DNA of 63,292 nt, filler included. It is 4 parts of 4 records of this genome, joined end to end, with 100 filler letters (N's around TTAATTAATTAA, not from the genome) between each part and the next. Parts side by side here need not be neighbours in the genome. Positions count along the whole stretch, not along the records: positions 1 to 22,679 come from DRR378314_1242; positions 22,780 to 39,479 come from DRR378314_1246; 2 more parts are not named here. One strand, given 5' to 3'. Position 1 is the stretch's first letter; each line of letters begins with the position of its first letter. The position numbers and the translations under genes are program-made. Below the pieces are notes generated by a model. It had not been told where the DNA came from, made no database searches, and worked only from the letters and a program-made list of their open reading frames with translations. This document shows, piece after piece, positions 19,530-29,435 of this stretch.

Positions 19530-20572
19530 GGCTGACCTCCCTGTGTAGTGGCCCCAGCATAGCCAACCGTGTGCCGGGTCAAAAGGGCCAGGGCCTCTTG
19601 GTAGACCTCCGGCGTGGCGTCGTTCTTGTGCGCGTGCTGGCTCAGGTGCCGGCGGTAGGCGCGGGCGCCGGGCATCGCCTGGAACAGATTGAGCGCGTGG
19701 CGCAGCACATGCTTGGGGTGCACGCCGTCGGCGTAGCGCCGCTCCAGATAGGGAATGAACGCCTCGGCCACCGCCAGCCGGTCCGGCGGCGGGGTGTTCT
19801 CGCCGAACACCTGGCGGTCCACGTCGGCCAGAAACCAGGGGTTCATGTAGGCCTCCCGGCCCACCATCAGGCCGTCCACCTGGCCCAGATGGGCGAGCAT
19901 GCCCGGCACGTCGCGCAGCCCGCCGTTGAGGATGATCTCCATGTGCGGGAAGGCTTGTTTGACGGCGTAGGCGCGCTCGTAGATCAGCGGCGGGATATCC
20001 CGGTTTTCCTTCGGCGACAGGCCGTCCAGGATCGCCTTGCGGGCGTGAATGGTCAGGCTGCGGCAGCCGGCCTCATCCATATGGCGGACGAAGCGCTGCA
20101 GGAACGGGAAGTCGTCCTGATCGTCGATGCCGATGCGGGTTTTCACCGTCACCGGCACGTCGGTGACGTTCGCCATCGCTTCCACGCAGCGCGCCACCAG
20201 CTCCGGTTCCGCCATCAGCACCGCGCCGATCTTGCCCTGCTGCACCCGGTCCGAGGGACAGCCCACGTTGAGGTTGATCTCGTCGTAGCCGTAGTCCGCG
20301 CAGATGCGCGCCGCTTCCGCCAGCTGTTCCGGGTCGCTGCCGCCCAGCTGTACCGCCAGCGGGTGCTCGGCGGCGTCGAAACCGAGCAGGCGGTCCCGGT
20401 CGCCGTGGATCACCGCCGGCGCCACCACCATTTCGGTGTAGAGCAGCGTGCGGCGGGTAATTAACCGGGCCAGATAACGAAAGTCGCGCGTTGTATACGC
20501 CATCATCGGCGCGATGGAAAAGCGCCGGCTGAGCGGGGCAGGGCCGGGGATCGGGGTGTTGAGTGAGGACAT
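19526..20572 (-). CDS. dusA: tRNA-dihydrouridine(20/20a) synthase DusA
   Basis: FSIAPMM, LYTEM, NLNVGCPSDRVQ, HARKA.L.GLSPKENR; likely start MSSLNT at 20572. Confidence 0.92.
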   Translation of the reverse strand: MSSLNTPIPGPAPLSRRFSIAPMMAYTTRDFRYLARLITRRTLLYTEMVVAPAVIHGDRDRLLGFDAAEHPLAVQLGGSDPEQLAEAARICADYGYDEINLNVGCPSDRVQQGKIGAVLMAEPELVARCVEAMANVTDVPVTVKTRIGIDDQDDFPFLQRFVRHMDEAGCRSLTIHARKAILDGLSPKENRDIPPLIYERAYAVKQAFPHMEIILNGGLRDVPGMLAHLGQVDGLMVGREAYMNPWFLADVDRQVFGENTPPPDRLAVAEAFIPYLERRYADGVHPKHVLRHALNLFQAMPGARAYRRHLSQHAHKNDATPEVYQEALALLTRHTVGYAGATTQGGQP

Positions 20573-20719
20573 GGCGTTATTATCGCACGGCCGCCGCCGC
20601 CACGGGAAACCCCCGTTCATGCAAATCCGGGCAAAGGTATATTCCTGTAAAAGCGCCTTGTGAAAGTGGCGTCGTTTGGCTTTGATGACGGTGCGATAAC
20701 GCAAAACAGGGAGAAAATT

Positions 20720-20875
20720 ATGCTGAGCTGGAGCCTTTTATTTCTTGTCATCGCGATCATTGCCGCGGTTCTGGGGTTTAGTGGTATTGCCGGCACCGCC
20801 GCGGGCATTGCCAAGATTCTGTTCGTTGTATTCCTGGTGATCTGGATCATCAGCCTGATTGCCGGACGGCGCTGA
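20720..20875 (+). CDS. DUF1328 (YtjA-like) small membrane protein
   Basis: [43 protein letters not shown]. Confidence 0.9.
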   Translation: MLSWSLLFLVIAIIAAVLGFSGIAGTAAGIAKILFVVFLVIWIISLIAGRR

Positions 20876-20960
20876 CCGGAAAGCATGACCTCGCCGTTAT
20901 GCTGATAACAGGGGCGCATTAGCCTATAATGCGCCCCTTTATTCCGGCCACGGAGTCAGC

Positions 20961-22448
20961 ATGACCGTTCGTACCCGAGTGGCACCTTCGCCCACCGGCG
21001 ACCCCCATGTGGGGACCGCTTATATCGCGCTTTTCAATCGTTGTTTTGCCCGCCAGCACGGCGGCCAGTTCATTCTCCGTATCGAAGACACCGATCAGAC
21101 CCGCTCCAGTGATGCCTCGGAGCAGGCGATCCTGGAATCGCTGCGCTGGCTGGGCCTGGACTGGGACGAGGGCCCGGACGTGGGCGGCCCCCATGCGCCT
21201 TACCGGCAAAGCGAGCGGGCCGGTGATTACCGGCGCTATGCGGAGCGTCTGATCGCCGACGGCCATGCCTTCAAATGTTTCCGCAGCGCCGAAGAGCTGG
21301 ACCAGCTGCGCGCCGACCTGAAAGAGCGGGGCGAAAACCGGGCTCTGAAGCCGGCCGATCTGGAACTGCCCGCCGATGAGCAGCAACGCCGCGAGGACGC
21401 CGGCGACCCCTATGTGATCCGCATGCGGGTGCCGGAGTCCGGCCGCTGTGAAATCGACGACATGCTGCGCGGCACCGTGGAGCTGGACTGGTCCCTGGTG
21501 GACGCGCAGATCCTGCTCAAGTCCGACGGCATGCCCACCTACCACCTGGCCAATGTGGTGGACGATCACCTGATGGAAATCACCCATGTGATCCGCGGTG
21601 AGGAATGGCTGAATTCAGCGCCCAAGCACAAGCTGCTGTACCAGTATTTCGGCTGGGACATGCCGGTGCTGTGCCACATGCCGCTGCTGCGCAACCCGGA
21701 CAAGTCCAAGCTCAGCAAGCGCAAGAACCCGGTGAGCATCAACTTCTACCGCCGCATGGGCTATCTGCCGGAGGCGGTGGTCAATTACCTGGGCCGCATG
21801 GGCTGGTCGATGCCCGACGAGCGCGAGCGTTTCACCCTGGAAGACATGCAGGCGGCGTTCGATATCCAGCGCGTGTCCCTGGGTGGTCCGGTGTTCGACG
21901 TGGAAAAGCTGAGCTGGCTCAACGGCCAGTGGCTGCATGACCTGTCCGACGAGCAGTTCCTCGACCAGTTGCGCGACTGGGCCTTCAACCGCGATTACGC
22001 CATGCGCGTGCTGCCCCATGTGAAGCAGCGCGTGGAAACCTTCGGCGAGGTGGTGGACAAGGCGGGCTTCTGTTTCTCCGGCATGGTGGCCGTGGAGGAA
22101 GCCGACTTCCAGCACCCCAAGCACGACGCGGAGGCGATGAAAGTCTGGCTGCAGTTCTACCTGTGGAGCTGTGAGGCGCGCCGGGACTGGCAGCGCGACG
22201 GCCTGTTCGCGGACGCCAAACAGCTGGCCGACGCCCTGGAGATCAAGATCAAGGATTTCCTGTTTCCGGTGTTCGTGGCGATCGCCGGCACCAGCGCCAG
22301 TTTTTCCGTGGTCGACAGTATGGAACTGCTGGGCCCGGACATCAGCCGCGCCCGTCTGCGCCATGCCATTGACGTGCTCGGCGGCGTTTCCAAGAAGCAA
22401 ACCAAGAAGCTGGAGAAGGAGTGGGCGGCCATTGTTCCGGCGAATTGA
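20961..22448 (+). CDS. gltX: Glutamate--tRNA ligase
   Basis: [14 protein letters not shown] (HIGH-like), LRIEDTD, KLSKR; followed by tRNA-Ala and tRNA-Glu. Confidence 0.96.
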   Translation: MTVRTRVAPSPTGDPHVGTAYIALFNRCFARQHGGQFILRIEDTDQTRSSDASEQAILESLRWLGLDWDEGPDVGGPHAPYRQSERAGDYRRYAERLIADGHAFKCFRSAEELDQLRADLKERGENRALKPADLELPADEQQRREDAGDPYVIRMRVPESGRCEIDDMLRGTVELDWSLVDAQILLKSDGMPTYHLANVVDDHLMEITHVIRGEEWLNSAPKHKLLYQYFGWDMPVLCHMPLLRNPDKSKLSKRKNPVSINFYRRMGYLPEAVVNYLGRMGWSMPDERERFTLEDMQAAFDIQRVSLGGPVFDVEKLSWLNGQWLHDLSDEQFLDQLRDWAFNRDYAMRVLPHVKQRVETFGEVVDKAGFCFSGMVAVEEADFQHPKHDAEAMKVWLQFYLWSCEARRDWQRDGLFADAKQLADALEIKIKDFLFPVFVAIAGTSASFSVVDSMELLGPDISRARLRHAIDVLGGVSKKQTKKLEKEWAAIVPAN

Positions 22449-22499
22449 ACAAGGCTTGTACAAACGGACTTCCATCTGTCAAAAACCCGGGGTGGATGC

Positions 22500-22527
22500 T
22501 TGACAGGGTAAGGCCGCTGCGTAAAAT
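22500..22527 (+). promoter_or_regulatory. Sigma70 promoter of the tRNA operon
   Basis: TTGACA-16 nt-TAAAAT followed by a GC-rich discriminator. Confidence 0.75.
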
Positions 22528-22568
22528 ACGCGGCTCCACACAGGGCGCAGCCCGGTGGGACAGCTTTT

Positions 22569-22644
<76 letters not shown>

Positions 22645-22649
22645 AACAC

Positions 22650-22679
22650 GTCCCCTTCGTCTAGTGGCCTAGGACACCG
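22650..22679 (+). tRNA. tRNA-Glu, 5' part only (cut by contig end)
   Basis: GTCCCCTTCGTCTAGTGGCCTAGGACACCG matches the 5' half of proteobacterial tRNA-Glu; anticodon not visible. Confidence 0.8.
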
Positions 22680-22779
22680 NNNNNNNNNNNNNNNNNNNNN
22701 NNNNNNNNNNNNNNNNNNNNNNNTTAATTAATTAANNNNNNNNNNNNNNNNNNNNNNNNNNNNNNNNNNNNNNNNNNNN
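22680..22779. other. Artificial contig linker
   Basis: N44-TTAATTAATTAA-N44, giving stops in all six frames. Confidence 0.98.
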
Positions 22780-22780
22780 T

Positions 22781-23218
22781 GTTGAAGAAGGCATCGTCCC
22801 AGGCGGCGGAACCGCGCTTCTGTACGCAGCCCGCGCACTTGAAGGTCTTGAAGGCGTAAATTCTGATCAAACTGCTGGTGTTAAAATCATCGCACGTGCA
22901 TTGCAGGCGCCTGCCCGTCAGATCGCTGAAAATGCTGGTGAAGACGGCGGCGTTGTTGCTGGTAAACTGCTTGAGCAGAAAGACATCACTTTTGGTTTCA
23001 ATGCGCAGACAGGTGTCTATGGCAACCTGCTGAGCGACGGTGTTGTTGATCCGGCTAAGGTGGTTCGGACTGCTCTGGAAGATGCAGCCTCAATCGCAGG
23101 TCTGTTGGTAACAACCGAAGCAACTGTGACAGAAGCACCATCCAAAGATAGCGGCGGCGCACCTGCTATGCCTGACATGGGCGGCATGGGCGGCATGGGC
23201 GGTGGAATGGGCTTCTAA
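22781..23218 (+). CDS. groL: Chaperonin GroEL, 3' fragment
   Basis: [21 protein letters not shown]-terminal [12 protein letters not shown]. Confidence 0.95.
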   Translation, partial: VEEGIVPGGGTALLYAARALEGLEGVNSDQTAGVKIIARALQAPARQIAENAGEDGGVVAGKLLEQKDITFGFNAQTGVYGNLLSDGVVDPAKVVRTALEDAASIAGLLVTTEATVTEAPSKDSGGAPAMPDMGGMGGMGGGMGF

Positions 23219-23245
23219 GCCAGTCTACCTCCGACCGACAAACAG

Positions 23246-23275
23246 AAGGGCTGCGAAATTCGCAGCCCTTTTTTT
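23246..23275 (+). terminator. Rho-independent terminator after groEL
   Basis: AAGGGCTGCG-AAATT-CGCAGCCCTT followed by T5. Confidence 0.85.
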
Positions 23276-23284
23276 GTGTCTGGA

Positions 23285-23908
23285 TCAGGTTTTTTCGAAA
23301 ATCTGAATGAAATTATTAGCGGGCATGGCAATGCTCTGTCGGTGGCTCAAGCCCTGCTGGCGGGCGACATCGGTCACCACGTCAAGATCGCGGACCCCGA
23401 AATCCGGGTCCATGTCTTTGAGCCATTGGTCAAACTTGACGTTACTGCTCGCGGTATGTTCCCCGTTAAATTTGTAGGGGCCATAAAGGATCATCAGATC
23501 ACCAGTAGAGAGGATGCGACCAGCCCCGTCAAACAGGCCAAGGGTCACCGCCCACGGGGAAATATGGATCATATTGGCATTAAAAATTGTCGTGATCGGA
23601 CCGGTTTCATAATCGGAATGTTCAACCGGCCACGGCGCTGCCATCGCATCCAGGTGCAAGGTCGGCTTGAGGTTGGGAAGATCCGCATGCTGGCGCCAGG
23701 CTTCCGTGCTGGTGATGTGATCTTGATCAAAATTGCTGGGCTGCCAGGTCACATCTGGCAAGGCATTGGCAAAATGCACTGCATGTTCCCCGGTGCCGGA
23801 GGCGATCTCAAGAATAGTCTCGCGCCCTTGCAATATGTCTTTCAGAACCTTCAGGATCGGGTCCCGGTTACGCTCGGTAGCGGGGGCAAATTGTCGGTTA
23901 TCACTCAC
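23285..23908 (-). CDS. DUF938 SAM-dependent methyltransferase
   Basis: APATERNRDPIL, LEIASGTGEH, NMIHISPW, YGPY, MPANN. Confidence 0.88.
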   Translation of the reverse strand: MSDNRQFAPATERNRDPILKVLKDILQGRETILEIASGTGEHAVHFANALPDVTWQPSNFDQDHITSTEAWRQHADLPNLKPTLHLDAMAAPWPVEHSDYETGPITTIFNANMIHISPWAVTLGLFDGAGRILSTGDLMILYGPYKFNGEHTASSNVKFDQWLKDMDPDFGVRDLDVVTDVARQQGLSHRQSIAMPANNFIQIFEKT

Positions 23909-24375
23909 TCTTTATCATCTTTCCTGTCTTTCCAGCGGTGCTGCTTGGCAAAGCCTTGGTCAAAAAACGCCTTGCGATCTTCCGGTGTCAGGGACCTTGC
24001 CGTATCCAGCAATGTCATGAAAAAGGTGTCTTCGGCAAGCCGCTTATATTGAACCATCATATCATATTCTCTGGCAATCGCCGCTTCGTCCAGTGGATCC
24101 TGGCTCAGCAAGGTTGCCAGTTGCTGATTATGAGCGATGATATTGCCGATTTCCGAGCGAATTTTATCTTTGCGCTGATGCCAGATTTCCCGGATCTCGG
24201 TGCGCTCGGATTTATCCAGAACGGACATGGCCGCCCGGCGTTCAAACATCATTCCGCCGTGCCCCCCCTTGGGATGTCCGTGCCGGAACCACTGTGCTCC
24301 GATGAAACCGACCCCTGCCAGATTGACCAGAAGGGAGACAATCAGCACTATTTTAAAAACACGGGATTTAGCCAT
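23905..24375 (-). CDS. Periplasmic heavy-metal sensor (Metal_resist/CnrX-like)
   Basis: N-terminal TM SLLVNLAGVG, G/H-rich linker, helical body ending LTPEDRKAF. Confidence 0.7.
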   Translation of the reverse strand: MAKSRVFKIVLIVSLLVNLAGVGFIGAQWFRHGHPKGGHGGMMFERRAAMSVLDKSERTEIREIWHQRKDKIRSEIGNIIAHNQQLATLLSQDPLDEAAIAREYDMMVQYKRLAEDTFFMTLLDTARSLTPEDRKAFFDQGFAKQHRWKDRKDDKE

Positions 24376-24826
24376 TATTTAAATCTCCATACCAATCCGA
24401 GACAGAACCCGACTGGGTCAGGGTGTCATAACTTTGCAGCGTATCTTGTATTAAAAATTCGGGACTGTAACTGCCGATCAGGATGCCAAGGCAGGCCGCT
24501 GCTATCAGTCCGCCCATCGGGGCCGGTGAGAATAATCCTGCCAGGAATTCCTTGAAAGAGGGCAGGCTTAAGGAGGCCTCGGCCTCCTGCATCACTTTGG
24601 ACATCAAAAAGGCTGGCGCCGGGTGCAGGGCGGCTTGATCCAGCGCCTGATCCAATGTCAGATCCAGCGCCTTGGCCTCTTCGAATTTCTGCATTACCGC
24701 CGGGGAGGAGCCGATCAGCTCGTAAAGATCCCGATCGGCTTGCGTCGGCCATTTTTCCGGATTTGCCCCATAACTGTCCAGAAGCTGGTTCAGGCGTTGC
24801 ATGGTATTTCTGTCTAATCGGCTCAT
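24368..24826 (-). CDS. Putative anti-sigma factor (single TM)
   Basis: LLDSYGANPEKWP N-terminus, one TM segment, overlaps the ECF sigma stop. Confidence 0.65.
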   Translation of the reverse strand: MSRLDRNTMQRLNQLLDSYGANPEKWPTQADRDLYELIGSSPAVMQKFEEAKALDLTLDQALDQAALHPAPAFLMSKVMQEAEASLSLPSFKEFLAGLFSPAPMGGLIAAACLGILIGSYSPEFLIQDTLQSYDTLTQSGSVSDWYGDLNNG

Positions 24827-25395
24827 TTGAGAACTCCACCTAGCTCACCCCGTTGGGGGGTCAATATATCCCGTAATTTCCGCCGTCCCCGCGCCAACAA
24901 AGACTCCAGTGCATCCACCGATATTTTCATTTTGGACGCGGCGTCAATATTCGTGCAGTCTTCAAAATGCACCAGGGTCACCGCAACCCGCTGGCGGGTT
25001 GGCAATTGTCTGACGGCGGCCTGAACCTGATCGCTGACCTGGTTCATCTGACGCTGTTCCATCGGATCTGGCGCCGGATCTTCAATTTCCGGCATTTCTC
25101 CGTCTGAAAATCGGTTTTCTTTGCGCAGCCTGTCGATGCAAAGGTTATGGATGACCGTATGCAGCCAGGTCGAGATTTGCGCCTTGTCTTGCCATTTAGG
25201 GGCAATCTTCCACAGTCTTAGAAACGCATCCTGCACAACATCCTCACTATGGCTGGGATTTCCCAGCATCATATAGGCAACGGTATAGGCTCTGTTCATA
25301 TGGGTTGAACAGAGCTCTTTGCAGGCTTTCATGTCACCCTTGGCGACATTGGCCATCAGCACCGCATCGCGCCGTCTTAACTCATCACTTTGCAT
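24823..25395 (-). CDS. ECF RNA polymerase sigma factor
   Basis: EDVVQDAFLRLW, STWL..V..N.CID.LR, LP.RQR, ALESLLARGRRKL. Confidence 0.92.
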   Translation of the reverse strand: MQSDELRRRDAVLMANVAKGDMKACKELCSTHMNRAYTVAYMMLGNPSHSEDVVQDAFLRLWKIAPKWQDKAQISTWLHTVIHNLCIDRLRKENRFSDGEMPEIEDPAPDPMEQRQMNQVSDQVQAAVRQLPTRQRVAVTLVHFEDCTNIDAASKMKISVDALESLLARGRRKLRDILTPQRGELGGVLK

Positions 25396-25438
25396 TCGTT
25401 TCGAATTCCGCCTGTTCTTCAGGGTCGGGCTTTAATCT

Positions 25439-25466
25439 TATACGGCTCAAACCCTGATTTCCGTCG
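25439..25466 (-). promoter_or_regulatory. Putative autoregulatory ECF promoter
   Basis: Minus strand CGACGG...CCGTATA with 16 nt between GACGG and CGTA, about 45 nt upstream of the sigma ORF. Confidence 0.5.
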
Positions 25467-25540
25467 TTTTAATTTGTCATTGGAAATGGGGTTTTCATCT
25501 TCTGCCTGAAACGCTACAAGCTCTGCATGGAGAATTTAAG

Positions 25541-25747
25541 ATGAAAAGAAAAAAATTGCTCGGCCTGATCCTGTTCATGCTCTTTATAACGGTCTACATA
25601 TTTGCCGCTATGCTGCTGGCTGTTCATGTGCTGCCGGATAATCGCTGGATCGAGATGATTTTTTATCCAATTGTGGGGATTGTCTGGATTTTCCCGGCTA
25701 AAAAACTGATCCGGATGATGCTGCCGGGGGAAGAACCGGCGCCCTGA
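25541..25747 (+). CDS. DUF2842 small membrane protein
   Basis: RKKLLG..., two TM helices, FYPIVGIVWIFP. Confidence 0.8.
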   Translation: MKRKKLLGLILFMLFITVYIFAAMLLAVHVLPDNRWIEMIFYPIVGIVWIFPAKKLIRMMLPGEEPAP

Positions 25748-25753
25748 TCGGGC

Positions 25754-25860
25754 AAAAAAATAGCCGGACCGAGAGGGGGGGTATCGGCCCGGCTTGATAA
25801 GCCGCTCAGTGGGAGAGGGGAGTTTCTCACTGATCAGCAAATCGTTGATTACTCACTCTA
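25754..25860 (-). ncRNA. Candidate alphaproteobacterial small RNA with two C-rich anti-Shine-Dalgarno loops
   Basis: Two hairpins (25833-25806 with loop AACUCCCCUC, 25794-25762 with loop UACCCCCCCUC), U7 tail, CTATAT -10 at about 25873-25868. Confidence 0.6.
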
Positions 25861-25942
25861 TTGATTCATATAGGCATCACTTAAAAAATTTCTACTCAGA
25901 AATTCGAAAAATAATTGCATTTTTTGAAAAAGTGTGACGCGC

Positions 25943-26374
25943 CTAAAAAACTGCGGTGGCGCGGGACTTTGTAATGGCGTGAACCGTATCCGCGGCCAAA
26001 TCCAGTGTTTCAATATCTGCAAACCGGGCCCATTTGGCATCTTCCGCATCGTCACCGGCGGTCACGTCGCCGGATCGAAAGCGGGCGACAAAGACCATGA
26101 TGGAAAAATGAAATCGGATTTTGGCCGTTTCATCTGCTTCAATCACTTCGATCAGATCAACCAGCGGGCCGATGTCGGCGGTAATGCCGGTTTCTTCCAG
26201 CACCTCACGCTGAACACCGGCATGTGCCCGCTCTCCCAGATCTTGCGCGCCGCCGGGCAGGTACCAGCCGCCTTTGGATGGCTCTTTCCCCCGCTTGATC
26301 AGCAGAAATTCATCCCCCCGCCAGACTACGGCGCACAGGCAGCAATAGGGACGGGTGGGAAATTCCCGGCTCAT
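25943..26374 (-). CDS. NUDIX hydrolase
   Basis: PGG...GE.......REVLEETG Nudix box, GDDAEDAKW. Confidence 0.9.
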   Translation of the reverse strand: MSREFPTRPYCCLCAVVWRGDEFLLIKRGKEPSKGGWYLPGGAQDLGERAHAGVQREVLEETGITADIGPLVDLIEVIEADETAKIRFHFSIMVFVARFRSGDVTAGDDAEDAKWARFADIETLDLAADTVHAITKSRATAVF

Positions 26375-26377
26375 GAT

Positions 26378-27133
26378 CTAGCGGCTCACCTTGGCGCAGA
26401 CGGTTTCCACCGCCAGAACCAGACGGTTGATGTCATCCATTTCCGATAATCTGTGATCGCCGTCTTTGACAAGGGTGACATCCACGTCCGTGCTGGTCAG
26501 TTTCTCCTGAATTTGCAGGACGGTTTTCCACGGGACACTGTCATCCTTCATTCCCTGAAGTAAATGCACCGGCCCCTCGAACGGCATATCCCCCTGCATC
26601 ACCAAATTCCGGTCCCCGTCATCCAGCAGCTTTTTTGTGATGGTGTAGGGCTCATCCGAATATTCGCTGGGCTCCTGCCAATAGCCTTGCCGGTCCAGAT
26701 CCGCCAGCGCCTCGTCGCTCATATCAGCGCGCATGCGAAGGGTGAAATCCGGGGCGGCGGCAATTCCAACGAAGCCGGCGATCAGGTCCGGGCGCAACAA
26801 AGCCATCCGCAAACCAATCCACCCGCCCATGGAGGAGCCGACAATCACTTGCGGGCCTGCGGTGCAATTCTCCAGAACGGCCAATGCGTCATCCGTCCAC
26901 CGGCTGATACTGCCATCGGTGAAATTTCCTGTCGATTGTCCGTGCCCCAGATAATCAAACCGTGTATAGCTTCTGCCAATGCCCTGCATCGCTCTTTCCA
27001 GGGCGACAGCTTTGGTGCCTTCCATATCGGACATGAAGCCGGAACAGAAAATCACGCCAGCACTCTCGCCTGCGCTGTGATGATAGGCTATAGATTGTCC
27101 GTCTGGACGTTGCAGAAGTTCAGGAGTAGACAT
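26378..27133 (-). CDS. Alpha/beta hydrolase (ABHD10-like)
   Basis: GFMSDMEGTKA, RFDY.GHG, VGSSMGGW, GDHRLS. Confidence 0.88.
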   Translation of the reverse strand: MSTPELLQRPDGQSIAYHHSAGESAGVIFCSGFMSDMEGTKAVALERAMQGIGRSYTRFDYLGHGQSTGNFTDGSISRWTDDALAVLENCTAGPQVIVGSSMGGWIGLRMALLRPDLIAGFVGIAAAPDFTLRMRADMSDEALADLDRQGYWQEPSEYSDEPYTITKKLLDDGDRNLVMQGDMPFEGPVHLLQGMKDDSVPWKTVLQIQEKLTSTDVDVTLVKDGDHRLSEMDDINRLVLAVETVCAKVSR

Positions 27134-27165
27134 AATTTCACGTAACCGAGCTAGAGATTAAAACC

Positions 27166-28347
27166 TTGACTGACCTTAACACTCCAGAGCCGCCAAAAGA
27201 AACCCACCCAATGACGATTTTGCAGGTCTTGCCCAGCCTGGAAGGCGGCGGGGTGGAGCGCGGAACGATCGAAATTGCATCGGCAATCCAGGCGGCCGGC
27301 GGGCGGGCGATCGTTGCCTCATCAGGCGGCAAGATGGCTTACGAGCTGGATCGGATCGAGGCAACGCATATTACGTTGCCGGTTCAATCCAAAAATCCGC
27401 TGGTCATTCGTCAGAATATCAAGCGCTTGCAAAAGGTGATCAAGGACGAAAAGGTTGATCTGGTTCATGCCAGAAGCCGCGCCCCCGCCTGGAGTGCGTT
27501 TGGCGCTGCCAAGGCCGCCAAAATTCCCTTTGTCACCACGTTTCATGCGGCCTATGGACGCGGCGGTATGGCCAAGAACTGGTATAACTCGGTCATGGCG
27601 AGGGGCGATCGGGTGATTGCCATCTCGGATTTTATTGCGCGGCATATTCAGGAAAATTATCAAACATCGGCGGATAAAATTGTCACCATCCCGCGCGGTG
27701 TGGATTGCCGGAAATTCAATCCCGCCGCCATCAGTGCGGAGCGGATTATCAAGATGGCAACCGACTGGGCGCTGCCCGATGGGGTGCCGGTTATCATGAT
27801 GCCCGGCAGGCTCACCCGCCTGAAAGGGCATGTGGAATTGATCGAGGCGCTCTCCACGCTCAAAAGTAAAAACTTTCTGGCGCTTTTTGTCGGGGCGGGT
27901 TCGGGCCGTGAAGCCTATCGCAATGAGCTGAACAATCTGGTGATTGAAAAAGGCTTGCAGGGAAAAGTGCAGATAAAGGATTATTGCGCCGATATGTCGG
28001 CGGCGTTGATGCTGGCGGATGTGGTGATTTCTGCAACCAATGTGCCCGAAGGCTTTGGCCGTGTCGCCGTGGAAGCGCAGGCGATGGGCCGCCCGGTGAT
28101 TGCGACCGCTCATGGCGGTTCGTTGGAAACCATCCAGCAGAGCGAGACCGGATGGCTGGTTCCTGTTGGCGATACGGCTGCGATGGGCCAGGCCATTGAT
28201 CACGCCCTTGGCATGTCCGCAGAAGAGCGCGAAGTCATTGCTGAGAAAACCCGCCAGTTCGTCCTGCAGAATTTCACTGTTGAGAAAATGTGCCGCGCCA
28301 CTTTGGACGTTTATCGCGGTTTGCTGGCAAGCCCGGTTAAAAGTTAA
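27166..28347 (+). CDS. Glycosyltransferase family 4
   Basis: GGVERGT, HARSRAPAW, EGFGRVAVEAQAMG; start could be 27211. Confidence 0.88.
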   Translation: MTDLNTPEPPKETHPMTILQVLPSLEGGGVERGTIEIASAIQAAGGRAIVASSGGKMAYELDRIEATHITLPVQSKNPLVIRQNIKRLQKVIKDEKVDLVHARSRAPAWSAFGAAKAAKIPFVTTFHAAYGRGGMAKNWYNSVMARGDRVIAISDFIARHIQENYQTSADKIVTIPRGVDCRKFNPAAISAERIIKMATDWALPDGVPVIMMPGRLTRLKGHVELIEALSTLKSKNFLALFVGAGSGREAYRNELNNLVIEKGLQGKVQIKDYCADMSAALMLADVVISATNVPEGFGRVAVEAQAMGRPVIATAHGGSLETIQQSETGWLVPVGDTAAMGQAIDHALGMSAEEREVIAEKTRQFVLQNFTVEKMCRATLDVYRGLLASPVKS

Positions 28348-28358
28348 GCGCAGGATCG

Positions 28359-29291
28359 ATGCCGGAAAAGACTGAAAATATATTGGTGATCAAGCAGGGT
28401 GCGCTGGGTGATGTAGTGCTGGCGCAAGGACCCTTTCAGGCGATCCGTCATCATCACCCAGAAGCGAAAATCACCCTGCTGACAACCCAGGCTTTCACGG
28501 ATTTTGTCGCGCCCATGGGGCTGTTTGATGAAATCTGGGTGGATGAAAAGCCCAAGCTTTGGAATTTTCTCAAGCTGGGCAGATTGCGGGATCGGTTGAA
28601 TAAGGGCCATTTTGACCGGGTTTATGATTTGCAGACCTCCTCCCGGTCGAGCTCTTATCTGGCGCTGTTTCGAAATCCCAAACCAGAATGGTCCGGCACG
28701 GCCAGCGGGTGCAGCCACCCCCATGATAATCCGGCGCGCAAAAGCCTGCATACGATTGAACGCCAGCGTGAACAATTACAGCAGGCGGGTCTCACCGAAT
28801 TTCCCGAACCGGATTTTTCCAAACTTATGACTGATCTTGGCAGGTTTAATCTGCCCGCTCGCTTCGCCCTGCTGGTGCCGGGGGGGTCCGCTCACCGGCC
28901 GGAAAAACGCTGGCCTGCGGCGCAATATGGGGAATTGGCAGTTTGGCTGACCGAACAGGGTCTGACCCCGGTTTTGCTGGGCGGCGCAGCAGAAGAAGAT
29001 GTTTTGTCGGTTATTCAGCAGGCCTGCCCGCCGGCACTTAATTTATCCGGCAAAACCTCTCTGGCGGAGATTGCATCCCTGGGCGCAACCGCAACTGTGG
29101 CCGTTGGCAATGATACCGGGCCGCTGCATTTGATTGCGGCCGTTGGATGTCCGGTGACTGTCCTTTTTTCTGCCGCTTCTGATCCGGCGCGGGCCCGACC
29201 TCGCGGGGCGGACGTGACGGTTCTTCGCGAAGAGAATCTGCAAAATCTTTCACTTGAAAAAGTGACGGGAACGCTCAAATTTTCGAATTAG
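28359..29291 (+). CDS. Glycosyltransferase family 9 (heptosyltransferase-like)
   Basis: ILVIK.GALGD, KRWP, GNDTGP.H. Confidence 0.88.
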   Translation: MPEKTENILVIKQGALGDVVLAQGPFQAIRHHHPEAKITLLTTQAFTDFVAPMGLFDEIWVDEKPKLWNFLKLGRLRDRLNKGHFDRVYDLQTSSRSSSYLALFRNPKPEWSGTASGCSHPHDNPARKSLHTIERQREQLQQAGLTEFPEPDFSKLMTDLGRFNLPARFALLVPGGSAHRPEKRWPAAQYGELAVWLTEQGLTPVLLGGAAEEDVLSVIQQACPPALNLSGKTSLAEIASLGATATVAVGNDTGPLHLIAAVGCPVTVLFSAASDPARARPRGADVTVLREENLQNLSLEKVTGTLKFSN

Positions 29292-29355
29292 CGTGTTTAA
29301 AGTGACAGTTTTCCGAAATTTGGCGGATTTCTGATCGGTATCGGCCGTCGCTATC

Positions 29356-29383
29356 TTGACAGCGGGGGTTAAATTTTTACAGT
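29356..29383 (+). promoter_or_regulatory. Sigma70 promoter for thrS
   Basis: TTGACA-16 nt-TACAGT. Confidence 0.6.
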
Positions 29384-29435
29384 CGCAACTCTCGAAACCC
29401 GGTTCAGGTCAGGGTATTGATCGGAACCCAACCCA

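Noticed and set aside
22724-22735. TTAATTAATTAA palindrome repeated three times in the window
   Set aside because: Embedded in N-runs; an artificial six-frame stop linker
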